Positions 19,843 through 29,724 of a stretch of 64,000 nt of DNA are shown here, piece by piece. The translations under genes were made by a program, and so were the position numbers. Under the pieces are notes generated by a model, which did no database searches, was not told where the DNA came from, and saw only the letters and a list, made by a program, of their open reading frames with translations. The DNA is from Planctomycetota bacterium (GTDB taxonomy: Bacteria; Planctomycetota; B15-G4): assembly GCA_038212275.1 (NCBI GenBank), contig JBBQUR010000017.1, forward strand, positions 42,232 to 106,231, in the 5' to 3' direction. Every line of letters begins with the position of its first letter. Position 1 is the first letter of the stretch.

Positions 19843-21473
19843 GGCACTGCTTTCCCCGTGGTGGGCTTCGATGAGGACCTGGATGCCGGCGCCGACCGCG
19901 CGATCGGCACGTCTGGCGCGGCGGGCGCGGCCGGCGCGGCCGACCGTCCGTGCAGCCGCTCGTACAGCTCGATGTAGCGCCGGCACTGCGTGCGCCACGA
20001 GAAGTCGCGGAGCATGCCGTTGGTCTGCAGCCGCCGCCAGGCCTTGCGATCCTCGAAGACGGACAGCGCGCGTCCCAGCGCCCAGCGCAGCCCCTCGGCG
20101 GTGAAGTGGTCGAAGAGAAAGCCGGTGCCCTCGCTCGTGGCGGAGCTCCAGGGATCCACCGTGTCGGCGAGCCCGCCGGTGCGGCGCACCACCGGAACCG
20201 TGCCGTAGCGCAGGCTGTACATCTGGTTGAGGCCGCACGGTTCGTACAGCGACGGCATGAGGAAGAGGTCGCTGCCCGCCTCGATGCAGTGCGCGAGTTC
20301 CTCGCTGAAGCCGCGGAAGAAACAGACGCGCCCGGGGAAGCTCAGCTGGAGCCGCGCCAGCGCCGCCTCGTAGCTCGGCTCTCCGCTGCCCAGCGCGGCG
20401 AAGCGCAGAGTCGTCCGCTGCAGCAGCCCCGGCAGCACGGCCAGCAGCAGCTCCACGCCCTTCTGTGCCGACAGCCTCGAGACGAAGCCCGCCAGCGGCG
20501 CCTCCTTGTCGGCCGACAATCCCAGGCGCGCGAGCAGGTCCGACTTGTTCTTCGCCTTGCGCGCAAGGCTCTTCACGGAATAGTGCGTGGCGATGTGCGG
20601 GTCGGTGAGCGGATTCCAGATCTCGTCGTCGATGCCGTTCAGGATGCCGACCAGCGCGCCGGCGCTCGCGCGCGCGGCCAGCAGCGCATGCAGGCCCACG
20701 CCATGCGCCTCGGTCCGGATTTCCTCCGCATAGCCGGGACTCACCGTCGTGAGCACGTCGGCGTAGAGCAGACCGTGCTTGAGAAAGCCGATGCGGCCCG
20801 CGCGCAGGTCGTCCTGGTGGAGCATGGGCGCCGCGTCGCCCAGCGACAGGTCGGGCAGGATGTCGGCGCCGAAGCCGCCCTGGTAGCCGAGGTTGTGGAT
20901 GGTGAGCACCGTGCGCGTGTTCGCGAAGAGCTTGTCCCACGCGTAGATCGAGCGCAGGTAGAGCGGCACCAGCGCGGTCTGCCAGTCGTTGCAGTGCAGG
21001 ATGTCCGGGCCCCACTGCGCGCGCTGCAGGCACTCGATCGTCGCGCGCGAAAGCAGCAGGAAGCGCAGGTGCTCGTCGGCGTCCTGCGTGTAGATGCCGG
21101 GGCGCTCGAACAGCGGCGGGCAGTCGATGAAGTAAACGTCCAGCTCGCTGCCGGGCAGCCGCGCCGTGCGCAGGGTGACCGGGTAGCGGCGCGAGCCCAG
21201 GGTCAGCAGGAAGGGCGGGATTCCGGGCACCGGCCGGAGCTCGACGCCCTGCTCGCGCACCCGCGCATAGAGCGGCATGAACACGCGCACGTCGTGACCG
21301 GCGCGCTGCAATTCGCGCGGCAGCGCCGCCGACACGTCCGCGAGGCCGCCCGTCTTCGCGAAAGACGCCATTTCGGAGGTGACGAACGCGATGCGCAACG
21401 GATCTCTCGCTGGCTGGCCTGGCGGCCCGGGCGGGAGCGGAGTGTGGCGCGGGGCCCGAACGCGGCGCGGCAT
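19839..21473 (-). CDS. glgA: Glycogen synthase
   Basis: KTGGLADV, HCNDWQT, TIHNLGYQG, TVSPGYA, MPSLYEPCGLNQ, TGGLADTV. Confidence 0.96.
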   Translation of the reverse strand: MPRRVRAPRHTPLPPGPPGQPARDPLRIAFVTSEMASFAKTGGLADVSAALPRELQRAGHDVRVFMPLYARVREQGVELRPVPGIPPFLLTLGSRRYPVTLRTARLPGSELDVYFIDCPPLFERPGIYTQDADEHLRFLLLSRATIECLQRAQWGPDILHCNDWQTALVPLYLRSIYAWDKLFANTRTVLTIHNLGYQGGFGADILPDLSLGDAAPMLHQDDLRAGRIGFLKHGLLYADVLTTVSPGYAEEIRTEAHGVGLHALLAARASAGALVGILNGIDDEIWNPLTDPHIATHYSVKSLARKAKNKSDLLARLGLSADKEAPLAGFVSRLSAQKGVELLLAVLPGLLQRTTLRFAALGSGEPSYEAALARLQLSFPGRVCFFRGFSEELAHCIEAGSDLFLMPSLYEPCGLNQMYSLRYGTVPVVRRTGGLADTVDPWSSATSEGTGFLFDHFTAEGLRWALGRALSVFEDRKAWRRLQTNGMLRDFSWRTQCRRYIELYERLHGRSAAPAAPAAPDVPIARSAPASRSSSKPTTGKAVP

Positions 21474-21503
21474 GGGGGCGACACTCTATCAACTCGGATC
21501 CGC

Positions 21504-21549
21504 GCCGCCGAGACATGCCGCCGAGACATGTGTCGGAGCAGTCGGAGCA
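21504..21549. repeat. Tandem repeats in the divergent promoter region
   Basis: GCCGCCGAGACAT x2 (21504-21529) and GTCGGAGCA x2 (21532-21549). Confidence 0.7.
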
Positions 21550-21626
21550 ACGGGCGCTGCAGATCTCGCTGCGGAGATACGCCGCTGTTGTCCCCTGCTC
21601 CCGCCGCCAGTAGATTGCTGCGGCCC

Positions 21627-22859
21627 ATGACCACGGTTGCGTTCGTAGCCCCGTATTCGCTCGAGACGACGATGCGCTTCGTGCAAGCGGTCGCCGAGCT
21701 CCCGGGCGTTCGCTTCGCGCTCGTGACCCACGAGGCCGAGGAGCGGGTGCCCGAGGCGATCCGCGCGCGGCTTGCGCAGCACTGGCGCGTGACGAACTGC
21801 CTCGACCCCGACCAGCTTGCGGCCGCGGTCGAGGGCATCGGCCGCCGCATCGGCCGCGTCGAGCAGCTCATCGGCACGCTGGAGGAGCTGCAGGTGCCGC
21901 TGGCGCAGGTGCGCGCGCGGTTCGGCATTCCGGGTCTCGGCGTGGAGGCGGCGCGCAACTTCCGCGACAAGACGCGCATGAAGAGCGTGCTGCAGGCGGC
22001 AGGCCTGCCGTGTGCGCGACACCGGGAGGTCGAGAGCGCGGAGGCGGCCGTGGCCTTCGCGCGAGACGCGGGCTTTCCGCTCGTCGCCAAGCCGCCCGCG
22101 GGTGCCGGTGCGCGCAACACCTTCCGCATCGAGGATGCCGCGCAGCTCCGGCAGTGGCTGGACAGCTCGCCCCCCACCCCCGGCGCGCCCGTGCTGCTCG
22201 AGGAGTTCATCACCGGCGCCGAACATTCCTTCGACAGCGTGATGGTCGGCGGCCGGCTGGTGTGGCACTCCATCAGCCGCTACTTCCCCACGCCGCTGGA
22301 TGTCCTGAGCAACCCGTGGATCCAGTGGTGCGTCATGCTGCCGCGGGAGATCCATCACGCGGCGTACGACGACATCCGCGCGGCGGCAGAAGCCAGCCTG
22401 CGCGTGCTCGGCATGGAGACCGGGCTCACGCACATGGAGTGGTTCCGCCGGCCCGATGCACGGCACGGCTCGAGCCTCGCCATCTCGGAAGTGGCCGCGC
22501 GTCCGCCCGGCGCACAGTTCACGACGCTGCTCTCGTACGCGCACGACCTCGATCTGTACAAGGCCTGGGCACGTCTCGCGGTGACTGGCGCCTTCGAGGC
22601 GCCCGAGCGGCGCTGGGCCGTCGGCGCGGCATACCTGCGCGGCCAGGGGCACGGCAAGGTGGTGGCCGTGCACGGCCTCGATGTCGTCGCCGAGGAACTC
22701 GGCCCGCTCATCGTGGAGTCGCGCCTGCCTCGCAAGGGGCAGCAGCCGACGGGCAGTTACGAAGGCGAGGGCTACGTGATCCTGCGGCACCGGGACACCG
22801 AGGTCGTCGAGCGCGCGCTGGCGCGACTCGTGAGCGTGGTGCGCGTGGAGCTGGCATGA
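21627..22859 (+). CDS. ATP-grasp ligase (L-amino-acid ligase-like)
   Basis: RDKTRMK, KPPAGAGA, EEFITGAE, THMEWF, SEVAARPPG. Confidence 0.88.
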   Translation: MTTVAFVAPYSLETTMRFVQAVAELPGVRFALVTHEAEERVPEAIRARLAQHWRVTNCLDPDQLAAAVEGIGRRIGRVEQLIGTLEELQVPLAQVRARFGIPGLGVEAARNFRDKTRMKSVLQAAGLPCARHREVESAEAAVAFARDAGFPLVAKPPAGAGARNTFRIEDAAQLRQWLDSSPPTPGAPVLLEEFITGAEHSFDSVMVGGRLVWHSISRYFPTPLDVLSNPWIQWCVMLPREIHHAAYDDIRAAAEASLRVLGMETGLTHMEWFRRPDARHGSSLAISEVAARPPGAQFTTLLSYAHDLDLYKAWARLAVTGAFEAPERRWAVGAAYLRGQGHGKVVAVHGLDVVAEELGPLIVESRLPRKGQQPTGSYEGEGYVILRHRDTEVVERALARLVSVVRVELA

Positions 22860-24073
22860 ACGTCCTGATGCTTTCGCCGGGCTACCCGCCCGAGATGCCG
22901 CAATTCGCGCGCGGACTCGCGGCCGTCGGTGCGCGCGTGATCGGCCTCGGCGACCAGCCGGAGTCGGCCCTGCCGGCACCCGCTCGCGCGGCGCTCTCGG
23001 CCTACGTGCGCGGACCGGGCTGGGGCGACGAGGACGCGGTGATCGTGGAGGTCGAGCGCCTCGCGCGGCGCGTGTCCATCGATCGCGTCGAGAGCCTCTG
23101 GGAACCGCTCATGGTGCTGGCGGCCCGCATCCGCGAGCGGCTCGGCCTGCCGGGCATGACGGTGGAGCAGACGCTCCCGTTCCGCGACAAGGAACTCATG
23201 AAGCAGGTGCTCGACGCGGCCGGCATCCGCACGCCTCACCATGCACGCGCACACGATGTGAATGAGGTGATGCAGGCCATCGAACGCGTGGGTTATCCGG
23301 CGATCCTCAAGCCGATCGCCGGCGCGGGTTCCAAGGACACCTTCCGCGTGAACGACGCGGCGGAGCTGGCCGCCGTGCTGCCGCGCCTGCGCCACGTGGC
23401 CGAAGTGAGCGTCGAGGAGTTCGTCGACGGCGAGGAATTCACCTTCGACACCGTGTGCGCCGACGGCCGCATCCTCTATCACAACATCAGCATGTACCGG
23501 CCACGGCCGCTGCTCGCACGCCAGCTCGAGTGGGTTTCTCCGCAGACGATTGCCCTGCGCGAACCGGAAGCGCCGGCGCTGCAAGGCGGCCGCAAGCTGG
23601 GCGAAGCCGTGCTGCGCGCGATGAACTTCCGCGAAGGCTTCACGCACATGGAGTGGTTTCGCAAGGCCGACGGCGAGGTCGTCTTCGGCGAGATCGGCGC
23701 GCGCCCGCCCGGTGCGTACAGCGTGGACATCATGAACTACGCCTCGGACATCGACCTCTTCACCGGCTGGGCGGAAGCCGTCTGTCACGGCCGCTTCAGC
23801 CAGCCGCTCGAGCGCCGCTACAACTGCGCGTCCATCTTCAAGCGCGCGCGCGGCCAGGGCCGCATCCAGCGCATCGAGGGCCTCGGTCCGCTGCTGGCCG
23901 AGTTCGGCCCGCAGATCGTGCTCGTGGATCTGCTGCCGCCGGGAACTCCCCGCCGCGACTGGCTCAACACGCTCATCTCCGACGGCATGGTCATCGTGCG
24001 TCACCCGGACTTCTCGATCACCTGCGACATCGCCGACCGCATCGGCACCGACCTGCAGATGGTCGCCGGGTGA
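22856..24073 (+). CDS. ATP-grasp ligase (L-amino-acid ligase-like)
   Basis: RDKELMK, KPIAGAGS, EEFVDGEE, THMEWF, GEIGARPPG; ATGA overlap. Confidence 0.88.
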   Translation: MNVLMLSPGYPPEMPQFARGLAAVGARVIGLGDQPESALPAPARAALSAYVRGPGWGDEDAVIVEVERLARRVSIDRVESLWEPLMVLAARIRERLGLPGMTVEQTLPFRDKELMKQVLDAAGIRTPHHARAHDVNEVMQAIERVGYPAILKPIAGAGSKDTFRVNDAAELAAVLPRLRHVAEVSVEEFVDGEEFTFDTVCADGRILYHNISMYRPRPLLARQLEWVSPQTIALREPEAPALQGGRKLGEAVLRAMNFREGFTHMEWFRKADGEVVFGEIGARPPGAYSVDIMNYASDIDLFTGWAEAVCHGRFSQPLERRYNCASIFKRARGQGRIQRIEGLGPLLAEFGPQIVLVDLLPPGTPRRDWLNTLISDGMVIVRHPDFSITCDIADRIGTDLQMVAG

Positions 24074-26439
24074 GCCGCGCGCGGCCGCCCGCGCCGGGAT
24101 CTGCGCCGGCGCCGGCGCCGTGGCCCGGCGCCGCCAGCGTCGCAGACATCGAGCGCCTCGTGCGCGGCGAGCACGGCAGCCCCTTCGACGTGCTCGGCCC
24201 GCACGCGCCAGGCGAGGCACCGGCTGAGTCGCGCGAGGCGTCTGCTGCGCCGCGCGAGGCGCCAGCTGCGCCGTCGGCGCGGACTGCGCCTGGCGGACAG
24301 GCCGTGACTCTGCGGGTCTGGATTCCAGGCGCTCGCGAGGTGCAGGCCGTGCTCGGCCGGCGTCGTGTGCCGCTCGAGCGCCGCCATCGCGACGGCTTCT
24401 TCGAGACGCGCCTCGAGACGCCCGACGCTGCGGCGGACCTGCGCTACCGCCTCGCCGTCACTGACAGCGAAGGTGTCACCACACTTCGCGATGATCCCTA
24501 CCGCTTTCCGCCGCTGCTCGGCGACTTCGACCTGCACCTCTTCGGCGAGGGCACGCACGACCGCATCCACGAAGTGCTCGGTGCGCACCTCCTGCAGCGG
24601 GACGACGTGCGCGGCGTGAACTTCGCCGTGTGGGCGCCGAATGCGCTGCGCGTGTCGGTGATCGGACCGTTCAACCGCTGGAACGAGCGTGCGCACCCGA
24701 TGCGACTGCGCCCGCAGAGCGGCGTGTGGGAACTCTTCGTGCCGGGCCTGACCGCGGGCGAGCTCTACAAATTCCACATCCGCACGCGGCTGGCCGGCCG
24801 CGGCACGGTGAAAGCCGATCCGCTCGGATTCGCCATGGAGCGGCGTCCGCAGACGGCGTCCGTGGTGAGTGACCTGGAAGCCTTCCGCTGGCGCGACGGC
24901 ACGTGGGTGGCGGGACGCGCGGCGAAGCAGGCGGCGGACCGCCCGATCCTCATCTACGAAGTGCACGCCGGCTCGTGGCGTCGCGTCGCGGGCGAGCAGA
25001 ACCGCTGGCTCGACTGGCGCGAGCTGGCGCGGCAGCTCGTGCCCTACGCAAAGCGCATGGGCTACACGCACCTGGAACTGATGCCCGTGTCGGAGCACCC
25101 CTACGACGCCTCGTGGGGCTACCAGCCGACCGGCCTGTTCGCGCCCACGTCGCGCTTCGGCACGCCCGACGACTTCCGCGCCTTCGTCGATGCCGCGCAC
25201 CGCGCCGGCCTCGGCGTGATCATCGACTGGGTGCCGGCGCACTTCCCCAAGGACGCGCACGGCCTCGGCTTCTTCGACGGCACGCACCTCTACGAGCACG
25301 CCGACCCGCGCAAGGGCGAGCACAAGGACTGGGGCACCTACATCTACAACTTCGGCCGGCCGCAGGTGGTCAGCTTCCTGATTGCGAGCGCGCTGTTCTG
25401 GCTGGAGCACTATCACATCGACGGCCTGCGCGTGGACGCGGTGGCCTCGATGCTGTACCTGGACTACTCGCGCAAGGAAGGCGAGTGGGAACCCAATCGC
25501 CACGGCGGGCGCGAGAACCTCGAGGCGGTGGAGTTCCTGAAGCGCTTCAATCATCTCGTGCACGCGCGCTTCCCGGGCGTGCTCACCATCGCGGAGGAAT
25601 CCACCGCCTGGCCCGGCGTCACCGCGCCCGTGGAGCACGGCGGGCTCGGCTTCGACCTCAAGTGGAACATGGGCTGGATGCACGACATGCTCGAATACAT
25701 GAGCGCGGACCCGCTGGGCCGTTCGCACATGCAGGGGAAGCTCACGTTCTCGCTCTACTACGCCTTCAGCGAGCGATTCCTGCTGCCGCTCTCGCACGAC
25801 GAGGTCGTGCACGGCAAGCGCTCGCTGCTGTTCAAGATGCCCGGCGACCGCTGGAACAAGTTCGCCAACCTGCGCGCGCTCTACGCCTACATGGCGGCGC
25901 ACCCGGGCAAGAAGCTGCTCTTCATGGGCGGCGAGCTCGGCCAGCGCCGCGAGTGGAACCACGACGACCAGCTCGACTGGGCGCTGCTGGAGCCCGACGA
26001 GAAGCACAGTCACGACGGCCACCGAAAGCTGCACCGCTTCGTGCGTGACCTGAACAGGCTGGTCCAGTCCGTGCCTGCGCTGCACGTCGAGGACTACGGC
26101 CCGCAAGGTTTCCAGTGGATCGACTTCCAGGACGAGGCGAGCAGCGTGGTGTCCTTCGTGCGCCGCGGCCGGCTGCCCGACGAGCTGCTGCTCGTCGTCG
26201 CGAACTTCACGCCGGTGCCGCGCACTCTCTATCGCATCGGAGTGCCCGTCGGCGGTGCGTGGGCTCAGCGACTGAACAGCGACGACACCCGCTACGGCGG
26301 CAGCGGCCTGGGTCAGCCTGCGGGCGTGAACGCCGAGGCCGAGCCGTGGCATGGCCACCCGCAGTCGATCGTGCTCACGCTGCCGCCGCTGGCCGTGCTC
26401 TTCCTGGAGCCGCGGACCGTCCGGCAAGCCGAGGGCTGA
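24070..26439 (+). CDS. glgB: 1,4-alpha-glucan branching enzyme
   Basis: FAVWAPNA, IYEVHAGSW, SWGYQ, DWVPAHF, DGLRVDAVASM, AEEST, SHDEVVHGK; GTGA overlap. Confidence 0.97.
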   Translation: MSRARPPAPGSAPAPAPWPGAASVADIERLVRGEHGSPFDVLGPHAPGEAPAESREASAAPREAPAAPSARTAPGGQAVTLRVWIPGAREVQAVLGRRRVPLERRHRDGFFETRLETPDAAADLRYRLAVTDSEGVTTLRDDPYRFPPLLGDFDLHLFGEGTHDRIHEVLGAHLLQRDDVRGVNFAVWAPNALRVSVIGPFNRWNERAHPMRLRPQSGVWELFVPGLTAGELYKFHIRTRLAGRGTVKADPLGFAMERRPQTASVVSDLEAFRWRDGTWVAGRAAKQAADRPILIYEVHAGSWRRVAGEQNRWLDWRELARQLVPYAKRMGYTHLELMPVSEHPYDASWGYQPTGLFAPTSRFGTPDDFRAFVDAAHRAGLGVIIDWVPAHFPKDAHGLGFFDGTHLYEHADPRKGEHKDWGTYIYNFGRPQVVSFLIASALFWLEHYHIDGLRVDAVASMLYLDYSRKEGEWEPNRHGGRENLEAVEFLKRFNHLVHARFPGVLTIAEESTAWPGVTAPVEHGGLGFDLKWNMGWMHDMLEYMSADPLGRSHMQGKLTFSLYYAFSERFLLPLSHDEVVHGKRSLLFKMPGDRWNKFANLRALYAYMAAHPGKKLLFMGGELGQRREWNHDDQLDWALLEPDEKHSHDGHRKLHRFVRDLNRLVQSVPALHVEDYGPQGFQWIDFQDEASSVVSFVRRGRLPDELLLVVANFTPVPRTLYRIGVPVGGAWAQRLNSDDTRYGGSGLGQPAGVNAEAEPWHGHPQSIVLTLPPLAVLFLEPRTVRQAEG

Positions 26440-26715
26440 AGCGGGCCGGGGCTTGCGCACAGCGCGAGAGTGACCTCGGCATCCGTCGGTGCGAGCACGT
26501 CACTCTTTCGTCGCACCGCGTGACCACGCGTGATCGCGCATGCCGACGGATCCGGAACTGCCGTCCGGCTTCGGCGAGTCGCGTGACGCGAGCATGAATC
26601 CGACAGAGGACTTCGGCTCCTTCGCCTACCGTGCCGGATTGACGCGCTCTGTGAACCGTGTTGCATTTCACATGGCGGCCACTACAGGGCGAACCCACTA
26701 CCCAGGAATCCACTC

Positions 26716-28089
26716 ATGAAGTTCCCGATCCGCCTGATGTCGACGTGCCTCGCCGGTCTGCTGTCCGCCGATGCTGGCTTCGCCCAGTCGGCTCCAAGCG
26801 CCCCCGTTGCTCCCAATCCGAGAACCTGGTCGCGCACGTACGGCGGCCCCGTTTCGGAACAGGGCCTCTACGACGTGCGCCAGCTGCCCGGCGGGCAACT
26901 GGCCGTCGCCGGCTTCACCGGATCGTTCGGCGGTCCGACCGATGCCGACTGGTTCATGAGGCTCGACCTCGGCACCGGGGATGTGCAGGTGGAGAAGGCG
27001 AGCACCAGCAGCTTCGGAGGGTTTACCGACGGCGCGGCCATCGCGGCGGACGGCGGAGTGCTCTTCCTCGGCCGCAATGTGCAGGACATCTTCGTCAAGC
27101 ACGACGCATGGCTCGTGCGCGTGGACGATGCCGGCAACGTCGTCTGGTCGCAGGGATTCACGCGCCCGGGCCCGGGGCGCTTCTTCCTCCTCGACGCCGC
27201 GGAACTGGACGACGGCTCCTGGATCGCCGTCGGAACAGCCGGCATTCTCGACCAGCCGCCGCAGGCCGCGTGGATCGTGCGCCTCACGGCCGCGGGCGTT
27301 CCGATCTGGCAATACCAGTACGGCGGCGGTCTCGTGGAAACGGCACGCTCCGTCACGCCCACCTCCGACGGCGGCTTTGCCGTGGCCGGATGGAGCAGTT
27401 CCTCGGGCGCAGGCGGCGACGACGTCTGGGTCATGAAGATCGACGCCGATGGCGCCATCCAATGGCAAAAGACCTTCGGCGGCATGGACATCGATCAGGC
27501 CGAGGACATCGTCGAGCTCGACGACGGCGGCTTCGTCGTGGCCGCGTCCAGCAACAGCCTCACTCCCTCGGGTCACGCCCCGTGGATCCTCCGCCTCGAT
27601 GACACCGGCGCGCTGCTCTGGCACCGCGTGGTGGCCGACGACGTGTGGGGCGACCTCGGCGCCGTCACGAAGACCGACGACGGGCAGGTGGTCGTCGTCG
27701 GCCGCGTCGCGGAAACGGGCTTCCCGACGAACGATCTCTGGTGCGCCAAGTTCGACGTCACCCACGGGCGCATGCTCTGGCAGCGCGCCTACGAGGGCGA
27801 CACCGGCGACTTCGGCTCGGCCGTGATCCCGCTCGCCAATGCCGGCTTCGTCGTCGGCGGCACCTGGGGCTGGGGCTTCGAAGGCGAGAGCATCTGGCTC
27901 CAGCGCACCGATCGCACGGGCGACATCCCCGGCTGCAACCTCGTGCGCACGACGTCGTTCTCGCTGGTCAGGCCGCCCATCACGGTGCAGGACGGCATCA
28001 CCGAGCAGGCTCCGGGAGGCGCACAGACCTTCCTCGTCGGCACGAAGGTTTCGGCGAGCGCGGCCAAGGTGATCGAGCGCTGCCGCTGA
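26716..28089 (+). CDS. Secreted beta-propeller repeat protein
   Basis: Signal peptide; about 7-8 repeats of DGG..vaG...D.W...D..G...W...yGG. Confidence 0.8.
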   Translation: MKFPIRLMSTCLAGLLSADAGFAQSAPSAPVAPNPRTWSRTYGGPVSEQGLYDVRQLPGGQLAVAGFTGSFGGPTDADWFMRLDLGTGDVQVEKASTSSFGGFTDGAAIAADGGVLFLGRNVQDIFVKHDAWLVRVDDAGNVVWSQGFTRPGPGRFFLLDAAELDDGSWIAVGTAGILDQPPQAAWIVRLTAAGVPIWQYQYGGGLVETARSVTPTSDGGFAVAGWSSSSGAGGDDVWVMKIDADGAIQWQKTFGGMDIDQAEDIVELDDGGFVVAASSNSLTPSGHAPWILRLDDTGALLWHRVVADDVWGDLGAVTKTDDGQVVVVGRVAETGFPTNDLWCAKFDVTHGRMLWQRAYEGDTGDFGSAVIPLANAGFVVGGTWGWGFEGESIWLQRTDRTGDIPGCNLVRTTSFSLVRPPITVQDGITEQAPGGAQTFLVGTKVSASAAKVIERCR

Positions 28090-28145
28090 CCCGACCTTCA
28101 CGGCGAACGCCGGGGAGCGCGGTGCAGTCGCGGTGAGTCGCGCCG

Positions 28146-29723
28146 TCAGCGCACCGCGTGGATGCGCGCGCTCCCCGCCGAGCGTCGCGCCAGCTGCCGT
28201 TGCGCCGCCGCCACCATGCGGGCATCGCCCTCCGCGTGCACCTCGCGCAAGGCCTCCAGCTCGGGATCGAGCAGGTCCTCCACGCCCGACTCGATGAGGT
28301 CCAGGGCCTGCTCCGTGACCGAGATCATCAGCTCGTTCGACTCCGCGATGAGCGCGCGCGATGCGTCGACGATGTCTTCGTCGCGCGGATGCCCGGGCAG
28401 GTCGAGGTGCGCCTCGTAGGAGAGCAGCCGCAGCAGATTCCAGGTGCCGTGCACCGAGCCCGCGTTGCGCGAGCCGAGACCGTGCAGCGTCCAGTCGTAG
28501 AAGCGGTCGAGTCGCGGGTCGAGGAAGCGGTAGTCCACGTCGAAGCCGCGCTCGATGAGCCGACCCTCGGCGGCCACCCTGGCGGCCGCCGGCGTGCCCG
28601 CATACGGCAGCATGCGGCAGAAGCCCGCGGCCGATGCCCCATCGCCCACGAACTCGCGCAGGAAGGCCAGGTTGGCGCGCACGGAAGCGACGTCCGACCA
28701 CGGATTGAGCAGCATGAAGCCGAAGTCGAAGGAGAGCTCGAGGTTGCGCAGCACGTCGCCGGCGCGCAGGTGCACGTCGGAGCGCAGCAGCTTGTTGAGG
28801 CGCTTGAGGTCGTCGTCGCTGCCGGCCTCGACGCCGAGGTAGACGTGCGTGAGGCCGGCGTCGACGAGCGGCGCCAGCACCGACTCCTTGACCTCGTCCG
28901 AACGGCAGCTGATCTTCCAGCGCATCGCGCGCGAGAGTCCGCGCCGTTGCAGTTCGCGCGCGATGTCGTGAGCCCAGCGCGTGGCAGCCGGGCCGCCGGC
29001 GAGGAAGTCGTCGTCCTGCCAGAGCAGGATCTCCACGCCGCGTTCGCGGTGCAGGAACTCGATCTCGTCCACCACGCGCTGCGGATCACGGCGACGCCGC
29101 CCCCGCGTGCCGTTGCCCTCGTAGAAGGTGATGATCGAGCAGAAGGAGCAGCGCCACGGACAGCCGCGGCTGCCCAGCATCGAGGCCATCGGCAGAGCCT
29201 TGGAGGCGTAGTCGATGTCGTCGCGTTCCGGCCACGGCAGCGTGTCGAGGTCTTCTCGAGCAGGCGCCGCTCCGGTTTCCACCAGCGTGCCGTCGTCGGC
29301 GAGACAGGCCAGGCCGGGGAGGTCGCGCCACTCGCGGCCGGCCACGACGCGTTCGGCAAGCGCCACCAGGCTGTCCTCGCCCTCGAAGCGCACGACCGAG
29401 TCGAGCCCCGGCATGCCGGCCAGCACGCGCCCGGGTTCGAAGGACGCGAAGTGCCCGCCCACACACAGATGCGCGGACAAGCCGGACGCGCGCAGCGCCG
29501 CCACGACCTCCGCGAAGCGCGGCGCATAGAACTGGAAGATCAGCGAGAGGCCGACGACGTCCGGGCGGAAGGCCCGGGCGGCATCGACCACTGCCGCCGG
29601 GCCCTCCCGGAATCCCGTCAGGCGCGGCTCGTGTCCTGCCTCGCGCAAGCGGCTCGCGAGGTAGCGCAGGCCGAGATTGTCCTGGTCCTCGTAGCCGACG
29701 AGCAGGACACGAGCCGGGCGCAT
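28146..29723 (-). CDS. Cobalamin-dependent radical SAM enzyme
   Basis: N-terminal B12-binding region (NLGLRYLAS, GGH); SRGCPWRCSFC CxxxCxxC; DDDF; LGVE. Confidence 0.92.
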   Translation of the reverse strand: MRPARVLLVGYEDQDNLGLRYLASRLREAGHEPRLTGFREGPAAVVDAARAFRPDVVGLSLIFQFYAPRFAEVVAALRASGLSAHLCVGGHFASFEPGRVLAGMPGLDSVVRFEGEDSLVALAERVVAGREWRDLPGLACLADDGTLVETGAAPAREDLDTLPWPERDDIDYASKALPMASMLGSRGCPWRCSFCSIITFYEGNGTRGRRRRDPQRVVDEIEFLHRERGVEILLWQDDDFLAGGPAATRWAHDIARELQRRGLSRAMRWKISCRSDEVKESVLAPLVDAGLTHVYLGVEAGSDDDLKRLNKLLRSDVHLRAGDVLRNLELSFDFGFMLLNPWSDVASVRANLAFLREFVGDGASAAGFCRMLPYAGTPAAARVAAEGRLIERGFDVDYRFLDPRLDRFYDWTLHGLGSRNAGSVHGTWNLLRLLSYEAHLDLPGHPRDEDIVDASRALIAESNELMISVTEQALDLIESGVEDLLDPELEALREVHAEGDARMVAAAQRQLARRSAGSARIHAVR

Positions 29724-29724
29724 G

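Noticed and set aside
18619..21516. Apparent 965-aa ATP-grasp fusion (likewise the long versions 19950..22859, 22010..24073, 23455..26439, 14497..16425, 17675..19708)
   Set aside because: The N-terminal extensions are off-frame or antisense read-through of neighbouring genes. Most real starts coincide with ATGA/GTGA overlaps.
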